This document shows positions 63,158-64,000 of a stretch of 64,000 nt of DNA, one piece after another (within the stretch, counting starts at the first letter, position 1; every line of letters begins with the position of its first letter). The translations under genes and the position numbers were made by a program. The notes under the pieces were generated by a model. That model was not told the origin of the DNA. It did not search any database and saw only the letters and a program-made list of their open reading frames with translations. The DNA is from Eledone cirrhosa (lineage: Eukaryota). The DNA lies in contig CAXHJY010001168.1 of NCBI GenBank assembly GCA_964016885.1, positions 1-64,000 on the forward strand. The letters run 5' to 3'.

Positions 63158-64000
63158 CCACTGTTTTCTATTGTTTAATTGTTGGTCTGTTAAACGATTT
63201 AAGCATGTTTTTGTGCATTGGATTAAACTAGAATACAATACGGTATATAGAGTCGTTGAAAGGTCATTTCCTTTGAGAGATTTATTTCATAAACGAAATA
63301 CAAAATGGATGCTTATCTTGCAGCAGAATTTCAAGCATATTAAAACTTTATTATGTTCCTGCTATCCATCCTTTTACATTACTTTACATCCAACAGATTA
63401 ATTCTTTCACATCATTTCTTAGTTTGAAGTAGTTCAATTTCGCTGCGTGTTCAAGAGTGAAATTTACGTTTTCATATAATACCATTTATGAGATTTTTTT
63501 TCAAATCGACTTTTTCTTTAGTTGTCCACATTTTCCCCATGTACTTCACATACTTGGTTGCTTTAATACTATTTCTTTATATCGATGATGTATCGTTGTC
63601 GTTTCATGCAGATTCTTTCAAAAATGTTTATTGATTTAATGGACAGGGGCAATTCATGCAGTATTGGTATATACAATATGTTTCTCTTGGGATATGCCTG
63701 AATATGAGGCAGTTCTGCAAATTTGATTGGCATATTGTATCGATCCAGGCAGCAGATGTGTGAAAGAATGAATTTTCGTTACGGCTGTCTATCATATCAG
63801 TGCATCTCATCAAAACTAATTTATCATTATAATTTCTAACAGTGGGATTATTGATTTTAACAAATGTCGAAGGTGTTAAGTGGTAAAATCTGTAAAGCAG
63901 CCATTCAAAGAATGCAGTAATTTTACAAAACCAACAATCGGATATTGAGTATTGTATGGTTATTCGTATAGGGAAATAGAAATAATTGCTGTGGTGAATT

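Overview
Eukaryotic, gene-free, repeat-saturated DNA; the repeat repertoire suggests an invertebrate, probably an octopus or other cephalopod (inference). The first ~47.5 kb is a series of very long imperfect (TA)n tracts filled with mobile elements. These are: one intact and three partial Penelope-like elements (PLEs, Naiad-like, RT + GIY-YIG), a near full-length CR1-group LINE plus two CR1 3' pieces, an R4/Dong-type RLE element, RTE fragments and a head-to-tail Helitron pair. Folding by eye gives six type I hammerhead ribozymes (HHRs) plus one degenerate one. Five of them lie ~60-105 nt upstream of a PLE-like 3' end abutting (TA)n, and two carry a U3:A8 variant core. A ~85-135 bp HHR-linked mini-element occurs four times; two copies (one tandem-duplicated pair) stop ~5 nt from the predicted cleavage site. 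The CR1 has an in-phase U UUU UUA slippery site at its ORF1/ORF2 boundary. The last ~16.5 kb is older AT-rich DNA with many tRNA-derived SINEs and decayed TE relics. All long Tyr/Ile-rich ORFs are microsatellite artefacts, and no host gene was recognised.
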